Shown here in pieces: positions 23,630-37,563 of a stretch of 64,000 nt of DNA. How positions within the stretch are numbered: the first letter of the stretch is position 1; every line of letters begins with the position of its first letter. The stretch is from Blastocladiella emersonii ATCC 22665 (lineage: Eukaryota; Fungi; Blastocladiomycota). The DNA lies in contig JANHCV010000001.1 in NCBI GenBank assembly GCA_025594325.1, forward strand, positions 2,914,001 to 2,978,000, given 5' to 3'. The position numbers were made by a program, and so were the translations under genes. The notes below the pieces were generated by a model that was not told the origin of the DNA, searched no databases, and saw nothing but the letters and a program-made list of their open reading frames with translations.

Positions 23630-25630
23630 TCACAGCCGCAGCTTTGCGCCCGTGGTGTCGATCTCCTTGCGCTTCTTGAGGTCCTTGTTCTTGTCGTTGA
23701 GGATGGTGACGTTCTTGTCCTTGACGAGCGACTTGATGGCCTCCTTGGTCTGGGCGCGGCGGCCCTTCTGGATGTCCTTTTCGGCCACGGCCTTTTCGGC
23801 GCGCTCCTGCTTCTTGGTCGCCTTGATCTTCTTGCGCTGCGCCGCCTTCTCCTCGGCCGACATCTCGTTGGCGGCCTTGAGGTTGCGCTGCTTCTGGTAC
23901 ACCTCCTCGGGCGCGCGGAGCGTCGCGTCCGAGACGTGGGCCGGGATCACCTCCTCGACGCTGATCGCGGCCACGTCCGCCTTGATGTTGATCTCGGGGC
24001 GCGACGGCTTGGGCGTGAAGAAGAAGTTAGACAGCGCGTCGAGTTTGTAGAAGAGCGCCTTCTCGAGCTCCTCAATCTCCTTGTGCTGCTCGGTGAGCGC
24101 CTCGACCACGGCGCTGGACCGCGACTCGGACACGGTCTTGAGGTACTCGCCCTCGTAGATCTCGGCAAGCGACTGCTTGGACTTCTCGGACGACACCTCC
24201 TCGCGCGGCTTGTACTGCTTGACCTCGGTCTTGAGCTTGCGCTCCACGTCGTTGAACTCCTTGCGCACGATGCGGCCCTTGATCAGGTCCTCGAGCGTCG
24301 ACGTGAACTCCTCGGACACGATTGGCACGGGCTTGCGCACCGTGTCGAACTCAATGTCCTCCTCGAGCAGCGAGTTGACGGGCCGCGTGCCCGACGACAC
24401 CTCGCCCTTGAGCGTCCACTTCTTGGCCTGGATCGACTCGAACTCGAGCTGCTCAATCTGCCGCGCCATGTCGGCCGTCTGCTTCTCGAACGTGGACAGC
24501 TGCTCCTTGGCCGCCGCCGGTGGTGCGGGCTTGCCGGCGGGGAATCGCCGGAACCCGTCCTCGTCGGCCATGTCCTCGTCCACCTCGTCGTCGCCGTCGT
24601 CGTCGCCGAGCAGGTCTTGCGCGGGGCCCGACGCCGCGAACTCGTCGTCGCCGTCCTGGTCCATGTCCTCCTCCTCGTCGTCGTCCTCGAAGTCGTCCTC
24701 GTCGTCGTCGCCATGGCCCGAGAACAGGTTCGAGACCTTGGCGGAAATGTCCTCCTCCTGGTCCTGCTCGAGGTCCTCGGCGTGCTCCTCGATGTCGGCG
24801 AGCGACCGGCTTGGTGGCGCGTCGCCGAAAAAGTCCTTGTAGGCCATGGTGGCGGCCTCGGCGTCAAGATCGTCGAGCTCCTCATCGTCGTCGTCCTCGT
24901 CGTCATCGTCTTCGAGGCGCTCGTCGTCCTCGTCGTCGCTGTCGCCCATCTCGGCATCGAGGTCGTCGAACGGGTTGGCGCCCTCGCCGTTGGAGCCGGC
25001 CGCGACGTCGCCATCGACCGACGCGTCGTCCGAGTCGGCACCGTCCACGTCCATGGCGTCGTCGTCCTCGTCGTCGTCCGAGGCAGCGGACGGCTCGGCG
25101 TCGGACGCGTCGGACGCAGCGTCGTCCATGTCGACGTCAGACGCGTCGTCGGCCTCGACATCGCTGTCCTCGTACGACGGCATGTCCTCCTCGCGGAGGT
25201 TGGCGAGCATGTCGAGCGTGTCTTCGATGAAGTTGAGGGCGCCGCCGTTCATGAGCTGGACCTCCTCGAAGATCTGGTCGGCGTCGAAGCCCTCGGTGAT
25301 GAGCTCCTCGAGCGGGCCGAATAGGCCAGGCGTCGGCTCCTGGCGCTTGGCCACGCCGTACAGCACCGTGGTCGCGTCGAGGATCGCGTGGTACAGGTGC
25401 GCGTCGGGCTGGTAGAACTCCTCGGGCTTGTCGGCGAGCAGTTGCACCGCCTTCTCGATGCGCGCGTCGGCCAGCGTGAATGGGCCGGCAGGCACGACGG
25501 GGGCCGCAGCGACAGGCGACGCGGCCTTGGCCGGCGAGGCAGCCTTAGCCGGCGAAGCGGGCACGGGCGAGGCCGGAGCGGCGGCAGCCTTGGCGGCGCC
25601 CGAGTTCTTGCTCTTCTTGGACCGTCCCAT
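23630..25630 (-). CDS. MPP10: U3 snoRNP protein Mpp10 (intronless)
   Basis: LITEGFDADQIFEEVQLMN, a long acidic region, KWTLKGEVSS..RPVNSLLEEDIEFD, TLEDLIKGRI...FNDVER, LDALSNFFFTPKP, basic tail. Confidence 0.95.
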   Translation of the reverse strand: MGRSKKSKNSGAAKAAAAPASPVPASPAKAASPAKAASPVAAAPVVPAGPFTLADARIEKAVQLLADKPEEFYQPDAHLYHAILDATTVLYGVAKRQEPTPGLFGPLEELITEGFDADQIFEEVQLMNGGALNFIEDTLDMLANLREEDMPSYEDSDVEADDASDVDMDDAASDASDAEPSAASDDDEDDDAMDVDGADSDDASVDGDVAAGSNGEGANPFDDLDAEMGDSDDEDDERLEDDDDEDDDDEELDDLDAEAATMAYKDFFGDAPPSRSLADIEEHAEDLEQDQEEDISAKVSNLFSGHGDDDEDDFEDDDEEEDMDQDGDDEFAASGPAQDLLGDDDGDDEVDEDMADEDGFRRFPAGKPAPPAAAKEQLSTFEKQTADMARQIEQLEFESIQAKKWTLKGEVSSGTRPVNSLLEEDIEFDTVRKPVPIVSEEFTSTLEDLIKGRIVRKEFNDVERKLKTEVKQYKPREEVSSEKSKQSLAEIYEGEYLKTVSESRSSAVVEALTEQHKEIEELEKALFYKLDALSNFFFTPKPSRPEINIKADVAAISVEEVIPAHVSDATLRAPEEVYQKQRNLKAANEMSAEEKAAQRKKIKATKKQERAEKAVAEKDIQKGRRAQTKEAIKSLVKDKNVTILNDKNKDLKKRKEIDTTGAKLRL

Positions 25631-26090
25631 GGTGGCGGTGATGGGTAGGGCGATGGGGTGGCCGCAGTGGAACGTCACGGGCGAACGAGCGAGCGAGTCG
25701 AGTCGATCGCGTCAAGTGTCGATACGTGGCACCGCCGTGGTGGGTTTCGTCGTCCTGTCTCGCCACCGTCGTGGCCGCGCTCGTCGCGAGGCCGGCGGCG
25801 AGCAACGCGCGCCCGGATTCGAGGTGCCGCTCGGTCAGGTGCGCCCACCTGAGCGGGTGCCAAGCAGTCGCGCCCATCACGCATCACGTGCGGGACTTCG
25901 TCACCACCTCCACGCGCGCCGCGGCACCGCGCGCGGTTCACGTCGCGCCGCTCAGCCGATCCGGCGAAGAGCGAACGCCGGCGCGAGGAGCGCACACACG
26001 AAGCACACATACCCGCAACGCGCGCGCCTGCATCCGCGGTCCCACGCATCGCCCACGAATCGACGCATCATCACCACCACCACCACCACC

Positions 26091-27652
<1,562 letters not shown>

Positions 27653-27933
27653 GCCGAGCTCGGCGGGTGCTGGGCTCGGCCGACGGTGGCCGTGGCCGTG
27701 GTTTGTGCTCTGAATACACGAAGCTGTTCAATTTTCATCCTCACTTGACTCGCAAGCGACTTAAGCGACGACTCGCAGTCTGGTGCAATCGCGATCAAGC
27801 TTGAAGACTCGCGGGGAGAAAGTCGAGGAGAGGAGACGAGAGCATGGACGAGTTCAAAGAAAATATTTGTATGTTCAAACCGACACCATGCCGCGGGTAC
27901 ACGACGCCGGCCTTAAAACATCCCACAGGGACC

Positions 27934-28597
27934 TTACTGGACAGCCGAGAAGACGCTACGAGGGAGGGAGGGGCGAGAGAGTCAGCATCCAGCTCGAGAG
28001 GGCGGGGCAGGGAGGACGTCGTACTTCTTGAGGTAACCGTCGTCCTGGGCGAGGCGGTTGAGCGAGTCGTCGGACTCACCAGCGCGGCGGACGGCACCCG
28101 AGAAAGCGAAGGTGTGGAAGGAGCCGGTCAGGACGCCGTTCTCGTCAACATCGGCGATGTTGATCTGGACCGAGGAGTGGTCCTTGGCGGTGATGAGGCG
28201 GCCAGTGGCGGAGCTGTAGGATAGGACGAGGGGGTGATGTGGTTAGCCAGCGAATTCGATGCGGTGTGGGGTGAGGTGGGGAGGGATGGTGGCGAAGTAG
28301 GGGGCGAGTGCGGGACGCCGTCGTGAACTCGCGGCCCTGCTCCCGTCGACCGTGATCTATCGGTTGACGACTGGGCGCGGCGAGAGCGCACGCCAGGCAT
28401 GCGGTGTCGGTGCATGGGCGAGCAGGTGCCGCGGGTTCACGACGGTTGGTCACGGTCGACCAGTTGAGCTCGAGTGTCGAGTCGAGCGTGTGGCGAGGGT
28501 GGAGAGGGCGACGATGGCGGCGAGAACGAGCAGGGGGCGGTACAGACCACTTGCGGGGGATGTAGAGGTCCACGATGTCACCCTTGTCGTTCTGCAT
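27934..28597 (-). CDS. RPS21: 40S ribosomal protein eS21 (exons 28548-28597, 28025-28213, 27934-27955)
   Basis: [43 protein letters not shown]...[28 protein letters not shown]. Confidence 0.96.
28318..28460 (-). other. Structured element in RPS21 intron 1: two crossing inverted repeats (25/26 nt and 11 nt)
   Basis: 28318-28342 pairs with 28420-28445 (1 mismatch, 1 bulge); 28345-28355 pairs perfectly with 28450-28460. Confidence 0.7.
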
Positions 28598-29097
28598 GTT
28601 GGCAAGCTGGTCGGTCCAAAGAAGGCGGAGAGAGGGAGCAGACGAGGACACGGCCAAGGCTCATAGCAACTGGCCGTTGGTAACGAGTCACCTGACCGCG
28701 CCCTCCGAAACGCACTCGGAGAGCGAGGGCGCGGCCTCGAGAAACCCGCCCGCGAGCATCAGCTGACTCGCCTGCCACGCCGCGCACATCCACCGCGCAC
28801 CGTTGCTGACCGCGCCGCATGACATCACTCGGGCCCGACGCGCCTCGCCGCGCGCGCCAGCTGCTGCTGCCGTGAGCAAGTCGGCGGCTCGGCCGCTCCT
28901 GCTACCGCAACCCAACCCCCACCCTGTGCAACACTACGCATCAACAACCTGAACGAGAAACCTGCGGCAGCTCGCTAGCCTGCCTCAGAGAAACGTGGAA
29001 ACGAGACTGAGAGCGAGAGAAGATCGGGACCGAGCCCCGCATCACCGCGCGAGAGAACCATTGACCAACCACATCCAACAACAACAACAACAACACC

Positions 29098-30023
29098 ATG
29101 AGCGCCTCGCCCTCTTCCGCACCGGCCAAGGTGGTCCCCGTCGTGGACACCACGGCCGTGTTCCTCTACTGGCCCAACATCATCGGTATCGGCGCTACAT
29201 TGCGCGCGCGGCGAGCGTCAGGGCATGGATCTGACCGCTGTGTTGCGTGGCGCCGTGCGCTTCTCGCTCCCTGCGCACCTCCCTAGGCTACACCCGCGTC
29301 GTGCTCGCCGCGCTCGCGTGCATCCTGATGCCGTCGTACCCGTGGGCGTGCATGACCGCCTACACCCTGTCGTGCCTCATGGACGCGGTCGACGGACACG
29401 TTGCGCGGTTGATGAACCAGTGTACGCTGCTATGGGCACCGCATGCGCCGGTTACCGCAGCTGACGGTGGCGCATGCACCGTGTAGGCAGTCGATTCGGC
29501 GCCGTGCTCGACATGGTCACGGACCGGTACGCTTGATTCGAGTTTGCGCCCACGAATCGCCGTGCTGACGCGGGATTCGCGCACCCGTAGCTCCACAACG
29601 ACGTGCCTGCTCGCGTACCTGTGCACGGTGCACCCGGCGTGGCTCCCGCTGTTCCAGCTGCTCATGGCGCTCGACCTGAGCTCGCACTACATGCACATGT
29701 ACGCGTCGCTGGTCGCGGGCTCGTCCTCGCACAAGCAGCTCGACGGCGCGGCCCACCCGATCCTGCGCCTCTACTACCACAACAAGAACGTGATGTTCCT
29801 CGTGTGCGCCGGCAACGAGTTCATGTTCGTCGGCCTGTACCTGCTGCACCACCTCGCCGCCGGCACCTTCGCCTACTACTGCATCCTCGCCCTCACCGTG
29901 CTCGCCTTCCCCGTGTGCGCCCTCAAGCAGGGGCTCAACGTCGTGCAGCTCGTCGGCGCCAGCACGCGGCTCGCCGAGCTCGACGTCAAGACCGCCAACG
30001 ACGCCGCTGCCAAGGCCGAGTAG
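29098..30023 (+). CDS. PIS1: Phosphatidylinositol synthase (CDP-alcohol phosphatidyltransferase)
   Basis: VFLYWPNIIGYTRVVL, DAVDGHVARLMNQ...FGAVLDMVTDR, LDLSSHYMHMYASL, SSHK, VCAGNEFMF, LKQGLNVVQL. Confidence 0.95.
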
Positions 30024-30273
30024 GACGGCGCGCGGCTCGATTTACTCTACACCTTTTACCGAATAGCTGAATCTGCAGTGTTTGCTCTCTCTGATCGGGC
30101 TTGTCGAGTTGAGGGAGAAGAAAGCGTGTATTCGCGCGACCCGCGGAGGAGCGGGTCATGGCGACGGTAAACAACAAACGAGAGGGAGATGACACGAACA
30201 AAGGGTACACTCGCGGCAGCTGCTTTCGGACTCGGCGCGTGGCGAGGCCGAGCCCTCGGCGAAAACGTCCTGA

Positions 30274-31612
30274 TTAGCGGTTCGACAGGACGAGGTTGAG
30301 GAACGAGTGGTAGTCGAGGTTGATCCAGCCGGTCTACACGCACGCGCGGATGGGATGAGCAACGCGTCACGATACCAGTGTACGGGAGAGCAAACGTACG
30401 CCGCTGGTGTCGAAGCGACGGAAGCTGTTGGTGAGGGTCTGGACCGTGACGCAGCACTGGATGAAGGCGTCGAGCGGGATGGCGCCGATACCTGCCAAGT
30501 AGGGGAGAGAGATGGAGGTCAGCGACACGGTTTGAGCTGGCGCGCGGGGATACGATAGGAAGGTGGGAAGCAGCTGCAGCGGAAGCGCCAGCTGGCAAAG
30601 GGAGGGCGGGAGGGAGACTGACCTTTGGCGCTGCTGGCCTCAATCGTACCTTGACGGTCGTACTTGCGGATGAGCAGGCGGATCTGCGACGGCGCGGAGC
30701 AGGGTGAGTCTCGCGCGAGAAGAGCGCAGCGGCGGAGTGAACGCGATCGTACGAGGTCGGGGTTGAGGCGGTAGCCGAAGGTGAGGAAGGCCTTCTCGAG
30801 CTCGGAGGGGTCAATCGAGCCACTACATACATGGTCGCGTCAGTACATGCTTGTGCGGGGCTATCTATAGACGGGGTGCCGAGTGTACCTGCGGTCCGTG
30901 TCAAACGAGCGGAAGCAGGTCGACCACTGGTGGAGGTACTACAGACACCGTAACACCCGCTCGTGAGCGACTATGGCGCGCTTGAGGAGGGCGAGGGTTG
31001 AGCGCGTACACCCCACAGCTGGGCAAACTCGTTGAAGTCTATGGGGAGGCGCGAAGTTGTGGTCAGAGCCCGGTCCGCCGCGAGAGCGCCAGTTGGATCG
31101 AGACGTACTGATGGTGCCCGAGTGGTCCTGATCGAACATGCCAACCATGAGACGAACCTAGAGGTCGCGTTTGCGGGTTAGAAAGTGCAGGGTGAGGTTG
31201 TACGACGCGTCGGGTCGACGACGGGCTCGGGGACCATCTCGCGACCTCCCCGAGCACGCCCAGCACCCCGAACATCGTCGCAATCGTCGTCTCCTGCTCG
31301 GTACGTCCAGTCTCGTCATTGTAGGGTACACCTTGGGCGCTCAGCAGCATCTGCTTGAGCTCCTGCGCGGTGATACTGCCGCTGCCGTCCGTGTCTGTGG
31401 CGACGAACCAGGCCCTTGAAAAAGGCGCGACGCGATGTCAGTTTTCGTCTCTCACAGGTTCCCGCTGGTCCCTCGCAGCGTCCGCGCCGAGTTGCAGCGA
31501 GCCGCAGCGAACGCGGCGAGGGATAACGCAGTTGGAGCTAGTCGAGGGAGCCGCGAAGGCGCGCTTACCAGAGGTTCGGGTCGGCGCCGGGCGGAGGGGG
31601 ACGGGTAGCCAT
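30274..31612 (-). CDS. PEF1: Penta-EF-hand Ca2+-binding protein (peflin/ALG-2 family), multi-exon
   Basis: WFVATDTDGSGSITAQELKQML, MVGMFDQDHSGTI, QWSTCFRSFDTDR, IDPSELEKAFLTFGY, SVTVQTLTNSFRRFDTSGTGWINLDYHSFLNLVL. Confidence 0.88.
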
Positions 31613-31887
31613 GATTGCGAGAAGTTGCGTATGTTCGAGATACGCTCTGGGGTCCGATCGTAGCGATGGGAGGGAGAAAAAGGGTCGGAGGCGGCGGCGT
31701 GGCGGGCGAGGAGCCGAGTGGCGGCGGGCGTCAAGGTCGCGTGCGTGACCCTGCCCCAGGACGCGCTTTTCTCGAACACGGCGATCCCTTTTCTTCAAGG
31801 TAGGGCTCCTCAGCGTCGTAGCACACTGCAAACACTCGGAAAAGAGTAGGAAGGGGTTTCTTTATATATATAAGTAGCTCTGGACCA

Positions 31888-32405
31888 TCATTCCTCCGAC
31901 TCGAGGGCGGCGTAGTAGCAGGCGCCGAGGGCCATGACGCCAAACATCATGATCTGGACGGGGTGGGTCCCGACCTCGCTCGCTACGCGTCGAGAGTGTG
32001 TCAGCGTCGCCGTTGGACGAGTGAGAGGGGTGGAAGAAGTAACGCACTCGACACCTTGCGCCGGGCCAGCGATACGACGCACGCAAAGATGGCCGCCCAG
32101 CCAAGTGCGGGACTCTGAAGAAGACGAGCAAGATGCGCAGCTTGTGAGCTGGAGGGTCATCGAGAGCGATTAGAACCGGACTACGGACCCGCATGACCAT
32201 GGTCAGCGCCGAGAAGGCCATGGCCGCGGCCTGGAACACATCGACCGGCACCTCGTCGTCCGTTGCCTTCTCGATGGCCGTCTAGGTCGTCGACACCCCG
32301 TCAGCTCGATCTGGTATGCGGGGCGTGGGCGGTTCATCGCACAGGAATCACGAGATCTTGGCGGCGCGGGTCGCCCTTGATCTCGAATACAGGAAAGTTG
32401 TTCAT
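31888..32405 (-). CDS. PAT10: PAT complex subunit Asterix (PAT10/WDR83OS family), small membrane protein
   Basis: N-terminal DPRRQDLVIP motif (compare DPRRPNKV), then hydrophobic helices AMAFSALTMVMR, LGWAAIFACVVSLA and QIMMFGVMALGACYY across three introns. Confidence 0.7.
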
Positions 32406-32670
32406 TGCAGCGAGTGTGGTCGATGCAGAAGCTTTATGGCGCGTTGCAGATCCTCGGCAGGGAGAGGAGCGGGTCGAGGCGCGAGGGGAGCGCCACGCAC
32501 GGGACCCGTGTCTCGCGGCGTTCACGCGCCCGTGGCCGAGCCGCGCCGCCGACCCGCCCACGACGCCCAACGCTTTCCCTCACTCCCTCTCCTCCTTCGC
32601 GACCCGCAACGTGCCTCGCGCACGCCCACGTAGCTCACGACTCGCCGCACATTGCGCCACCACCACCGCC

Positions 32671-35600
32671 ATGTACTTTGCCGCGGGCATCCCGCGGTGC
32701 GCGAGCACGCGCGACGAGGACCTGCTGCGGCTCGGCGGCGCCGACCCGGCCGGCGCGTCGGCGGGCTTCTCGCACCCGGACGGCGCCACGCTGGCGATCC
32801 GCGAGAACTGGGACGCCTCCTTCTTCGTGTCGGTCGGCGTGCGCTCCATGTACCTGTGGTCCGCCAAGCCCACCGTCGTCATCTCCAAGGTCTACCGCAG
32901 CCGCGACGACGTGCTCGAGTTCGGCGAGAACTGCGACGCCTTCTGGAAGCTCGACTCGACCGTGGTCGCCGTCATTGTACGCTGGGAACCTCGGCGCGTT
33001 GACAGCAACTCGCTGACGATCACGCCGTGTCGTAGACGACGGCCGGCTTCCTGCTGCTGTACGAGCTCCAGGTCGAGCAGGGCGCCGTGGTCTTTGACCT
33101 CAAGTTCCGCACCGCTCACCACTATAACGTGGGTCCCGGCGAGCACGTCGGCCTGCCCAGCGTCACCCTCGCCTTCAAGACGCGCGTCCAGGTCGACAAC
33201 GGCGCCATCTGCTGGTACGCTCTCTCGGCTTCTCGCTCCCGACGCGACCCACTCATCCCTCAGCGTGTAGCGGGACCTTCATCGAGGACGACCTGTTCCT
33301 CGCGACGCGCAACGAGGCCGCGATCCACGCGCTGCAGTTTGACGGCGAGGAGGTGCTCTTCGAGACCACGTCGCTGACCGATGTGGCCGGCGCCGAGATC
33401 GCCAACCCGGCCGTCTACATCCAGTCCATCTCCTACTCGCGCGACCCCGACGCCTTCTTCGCCATCCTGTCCGACCACAGCGCCGTCGTGCTCCGCCGCG
33501 AGACGGTCAAGCTGGTCAGCGGCATCCGCGCGCCTCGTCCGCCGCCACCACAACAACAGCAACCGCCGCACGTTCGGCGTGAGCGGAGCGACCTCGACGA
33601 TGATGACGACGACGAGGATCTCGAGTCGGACGACGAGTACGTCGACACGGAAGACGACGTGTCCGCCGGCTCCAGCGACGACGATGCCGACGACGACGGC
33701 GACACGGACACCGGCTCGGTCCACACGAGCATGGTGTGGACGGGCCGCCCGATCGGCACGGGCCAGTACGCGAGCATGGCCATCAACCCGCGCTTCTCGC
33801 TGCTCGCGCTCGGCCGCATGGACGGCACGCACGAGCTGCACTCGATCCACCGCGAGGAGCTGCTGTCGCGGCCCGAGATCGTCGTGCACGCCGGCACCCC
33901 GCCGACTCTCGACGCGCAGCCGTGGACCTCGTTCATCTCACACGTCGCTGACGTCGGGTCGCACGCGCGCCGCGGCCGCATCAGCTGCATGACGTGGTCG
34001 TGGGACGGGCTCGCCCTCGTGCTCGGGTACCAGTCGTGGGGGTTCGTCGTCGTGTCGACGTACGGGAACCCGCTCGTGGTCGCGACCAAGCGCGCACTGC
34101 ACACGGCGCTCGTCGAGTACGTCCTCTACGCTTGTGACGGTGGCTCCGCGACCGGACTGACTCGCGCGCTCGCTGTAGCCAGGACGCGGACGTGGTCGAC
34201 CCGTACTTTAACGGCATCGAGTCGGCCTTCTTTGGCTGCAGCTGCTTTGACCTGTTCATCCTGCCCACGAGCGCCAAGTCCGATGGTACGCTGCCGTCTC
34301 TCCGCGGCACGCCCACCGTCATGTCCGCTCACACCCGCCCGTCGCAGAACACGGCTCGCTCATCTACATTGTGCCGATGCTCAAGAGCGCGGCGGCCACC
34401 AACCAGACGCCGAGCAACTTTGCGTTCCCGCTGCTCGTCGGGTCCGACTACTGCATGCTGCTCGCCGAGCCCACGGTCGAGGTCACCGACGGACCCATGC
34501 GCCACAAGTACATTCGGTATCCCTCGCAATACATTGCCGAGAACTGGCCCATTTCGGTACACATCTTCTTCCTGCTCCTGTCTCGTGTCCGCTTCGAGCT
34601 GATCGATTCCATCGTGGCCGTGTGTAGATTGCCGCCATGGACGGCCGTGGCCGGCACATAGCGATCGGCGGCCGCCGCGGTTTCGTCGTGTACTCGCGCG
34701 ACACGGGCCGGTGGAAGCGGTTCGGCAACCACCAGCAGGAGCAGCAGTTTACGTGCCGCGGCATGGTCTTCACCGGCCAGTACCTCGTCGTCGTCGCGCA
34801 GCTGCTCAAGCAGGACTACGCGGTACGTCGCTCCGCCGTACAAGACTGCGGCCCGCTCACCTCGCTCACTCATCGCGAATCCGTGTAGGTGCTGGTCTTT
34901 GACATCAACAAGCCGCTCGACTTCGAGCACGTCGTGGTGCAGCAGCCGCTGCAGGACGCGCCGACGCACCTGTCGGCGCACGGCCGCTCGCTGTTCGTGG
35001 TGTCGGGCGAGGGCGAGCTCGTGCGGCTCGTCATCGACGAGGAGTCGCAGTCGCTCGAGGTGCGCGACGCGTGGACGCTGCCCGGCGGGATCGACCCGTT
35101 CAACGTGATGGCGATCCGCCGGTTCCACTCGTCGTCGGGCGTGTTCGTCGTGCTCGTCGCGGGTACCGTGTTCGTGTGGGACCCCGACACGGGCGACGTG
35201 GCCGAGCTCGCCGAACATGTCGAGTACATTCTGTCGACGGCGCAGGTCCATGCTGATCTCGAGGGGATGTTGTGGCTCGTGTCCAAGGATCAGTGTCGGG
35301 TACGCCTGCTTTGCGCGCGAGATCGGGACGTGGCCGCCAACTGACTGTTGGATGTCGTGTAGATCATGGAGAATGGCGTCGAGGCGACTCGGGTGCCGCT
35401 CGACTTTTCGCCGCTCGGTACGCCCGCGATGGCCATGGTCATGGTCATGGTCACGGTGACTCTCGCCGCTCACTCGCAAACCGGACGGTAGCCATCTCGC
35501 CGCATTACGGGATCATCGTCGGCCTGTCCGAGCAGCTCAGCGTGCGCGCCAACTTTGACATGATCGGCTTCGAGCCCACGTCCAAGGTCCGCGCACCCAC

Positions 35601-37432
35601 TCTTTTGCCCAAGTCGGCGACACGCCCTCGCTAACCCCTCTCTTGTAGACGTGCCTGTTCCTGCACCACCTGCTCGAGTACCTCCTGCGGACGCGCGACA
35701 TGGGCACGGTCGAGGCGCTGGCCAACAACTACTGCCAGCTCGGGTACTTCAACCACGCGCTCGAGGTGCTGCTGCACCGCGTGTGGGAGCGCGAGGCCGA
35801 GTCGGGCGCGGGCACGGGCGACGGCGCCATGCTGCCGCGCGTGCTCGAGTTCCTCCAGCAGTCGCGCGACTACCTCGACATTGTCGTCAACTGCGTGCGC
35901 AAGACCGAGCTCGCCATGTGGGACTACCTGTTCTCGATCATTGGCAGTCCGCAGCAGCTGTTCGAGGTACGTGGGCGAGGCGCGGCCGTGGGACCGTGGT
36001 CGTGGCCGTGGACGCTGACGATCACGCGAGGGTGTAGCAATGCCTCGACTCGAACCGGCTGCACACGGCGACCGCGTTCCTCGTCATCCTGCACAACATG
36101 GAGTCGCACACCATGAGCGGCAACGTACGCTACCGTCGATGGTCATCGCGGACCAACAACCCCTAACACCCGACTAACGCGTAGGACTCGATCCGCCTCC
36201 TCGAGCGCGTGCTGCAGAGCGAGGACCTCGAGCTAAGCCGCGACCTGGTGCGGTTCCTGCGCTCGATCGGCGGTCCGGGCGCGAGCGTCAAGCTGTGGAA
36301 CTCGCTTCAGGTCAGCCGCGACGCGGCGGCCATGTTCATGCACCGGTCCAACTCGTCGCACGCGTCGCTGTCCGCCATCGACCAGGACGAGTCGGTACGA
36401 CCCGCGAGGTCTCGGGCGCGAGGTCACGACTGACACGCGTCTGTAGCTGTACCTCGAAATCCTCATCAGCCGACACGCGCGCAACCTGCTCCGCGGGCAC
36501 CGGCTGCGGTCGCTGCTCGCCATGTCGCGCGCACTCGATTTCCCGCTCGTTCCGTGGCTCAGCAAAGAGCGGTACGAGCCGTGTCATTGCTCTTCCTGTC
36601 TCGCCTCAATACTGACCCCACTCGCCGCCGCCGTAGAACGCGCGGCGCCGTGATCGAGAGCCGAGCCGCGGCCATCAAAGCCGTGCACCTACAATTCCGC
36701 GTCCCGTTCCCGCCGCTCGACCCGCCGCCGCCCGCCGCGCCCGCCGGCAGTGCGCGTGGCGGTACACCGGCCGTGCTGCGGCGACACACAATCGCGGGGC
36801 TCCCAGTACCCGTCGGTAGCGAGCCCGTCGACTCGGCCACGGCGCCGTCGCCCTCGCCCCCACCATCGGCCGCTGCTGACAAGCCGGCGGCAGCGGTGGC
36901 CACGGCCGCGACCGTGGCCACGACTCATGCGCGCTCGGTCACCACGCTCCCCTCAAGACCAACAACCGCGCCCACCCACGCCGCGCCGCGCCGCGCGCTG
37001 AGCGTCTCGGCCGCCCCACCGAAGTCGGCGCGACACGACAGCGCGCCGCCGCCAGGGATCCTGGACCCGGTGCTCCCGACCGCGGACCCCGTCCTCGGGG
37101 ACCCGCTCACCCCCGCGACCGCCGCGGCGGCGGCCACCGATAGCGCAGCGGACCTGGCGACGCTATCGGCGTCGTTCCGCGCGGCGGGCGCGGTGGCGTG
37201 GTCGCTGGTAGTGGCGTGTGTGGCGAGCGGCGGGGACGCGCGGCGCGTGGCCGGGGTGGTGGTCGCGGGGCCGGCAGCCAGCGAAGACCGGGCGGCGGCG
37301 GCGGCGTGGCAGCGCGAGGCGCGCGGCGAGTGGATGCGGCTGCGCGCGGTGCTGGTCAACGAGGACGAGCTGGGCGAGGGGTACGCGAGGTTGGCGGCGC
37401 GCGTGGACGAGGAGTTGCGAGCGAGGAGCTAG
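32671..37432 (+). CDS. RIC1: Rab6/Ypt6 GEF subunit Ric1 (multi-exon)
   Basis: N-terminal MYFAAGIPR (compare MYF..GWP), a beta-propeller region, NWPIS...AIGGRRGFVVYS...WKRFGNHQQEQQF, and the RIC1 domain (YFNHALEVLLH...YLDIVVNCVRKTELAMWDYLFSIIGSPQQLFE). Confidence 0.9.
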
Positions 37433-37563
37433 TGAAGGAATACACACGCACTTGAACTCAAGAGGCCAACAGACTAGTAACATAATAAAGAGTTCCTTTG
37501 TTACCGCCATCCAGACAATGATACTGCATCAACAAGAGGGCACAACAACGACAGGAGGGGCGC

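Noticed and set aside
25757-25770. GGTGGCGA (PACE-like) upstream of RPT6
   Set aside because: An imperfect GC-rich match likely by chance; Rpn4 regulation is established only for ascomycetes.
36554-37432. Low-complexity C-terminal extension of RIC1 as a separate gene
   Set aside because: It joins the RIC1 frame through a canonical intron, has no independent start or promoter, and was treated as the last exon.
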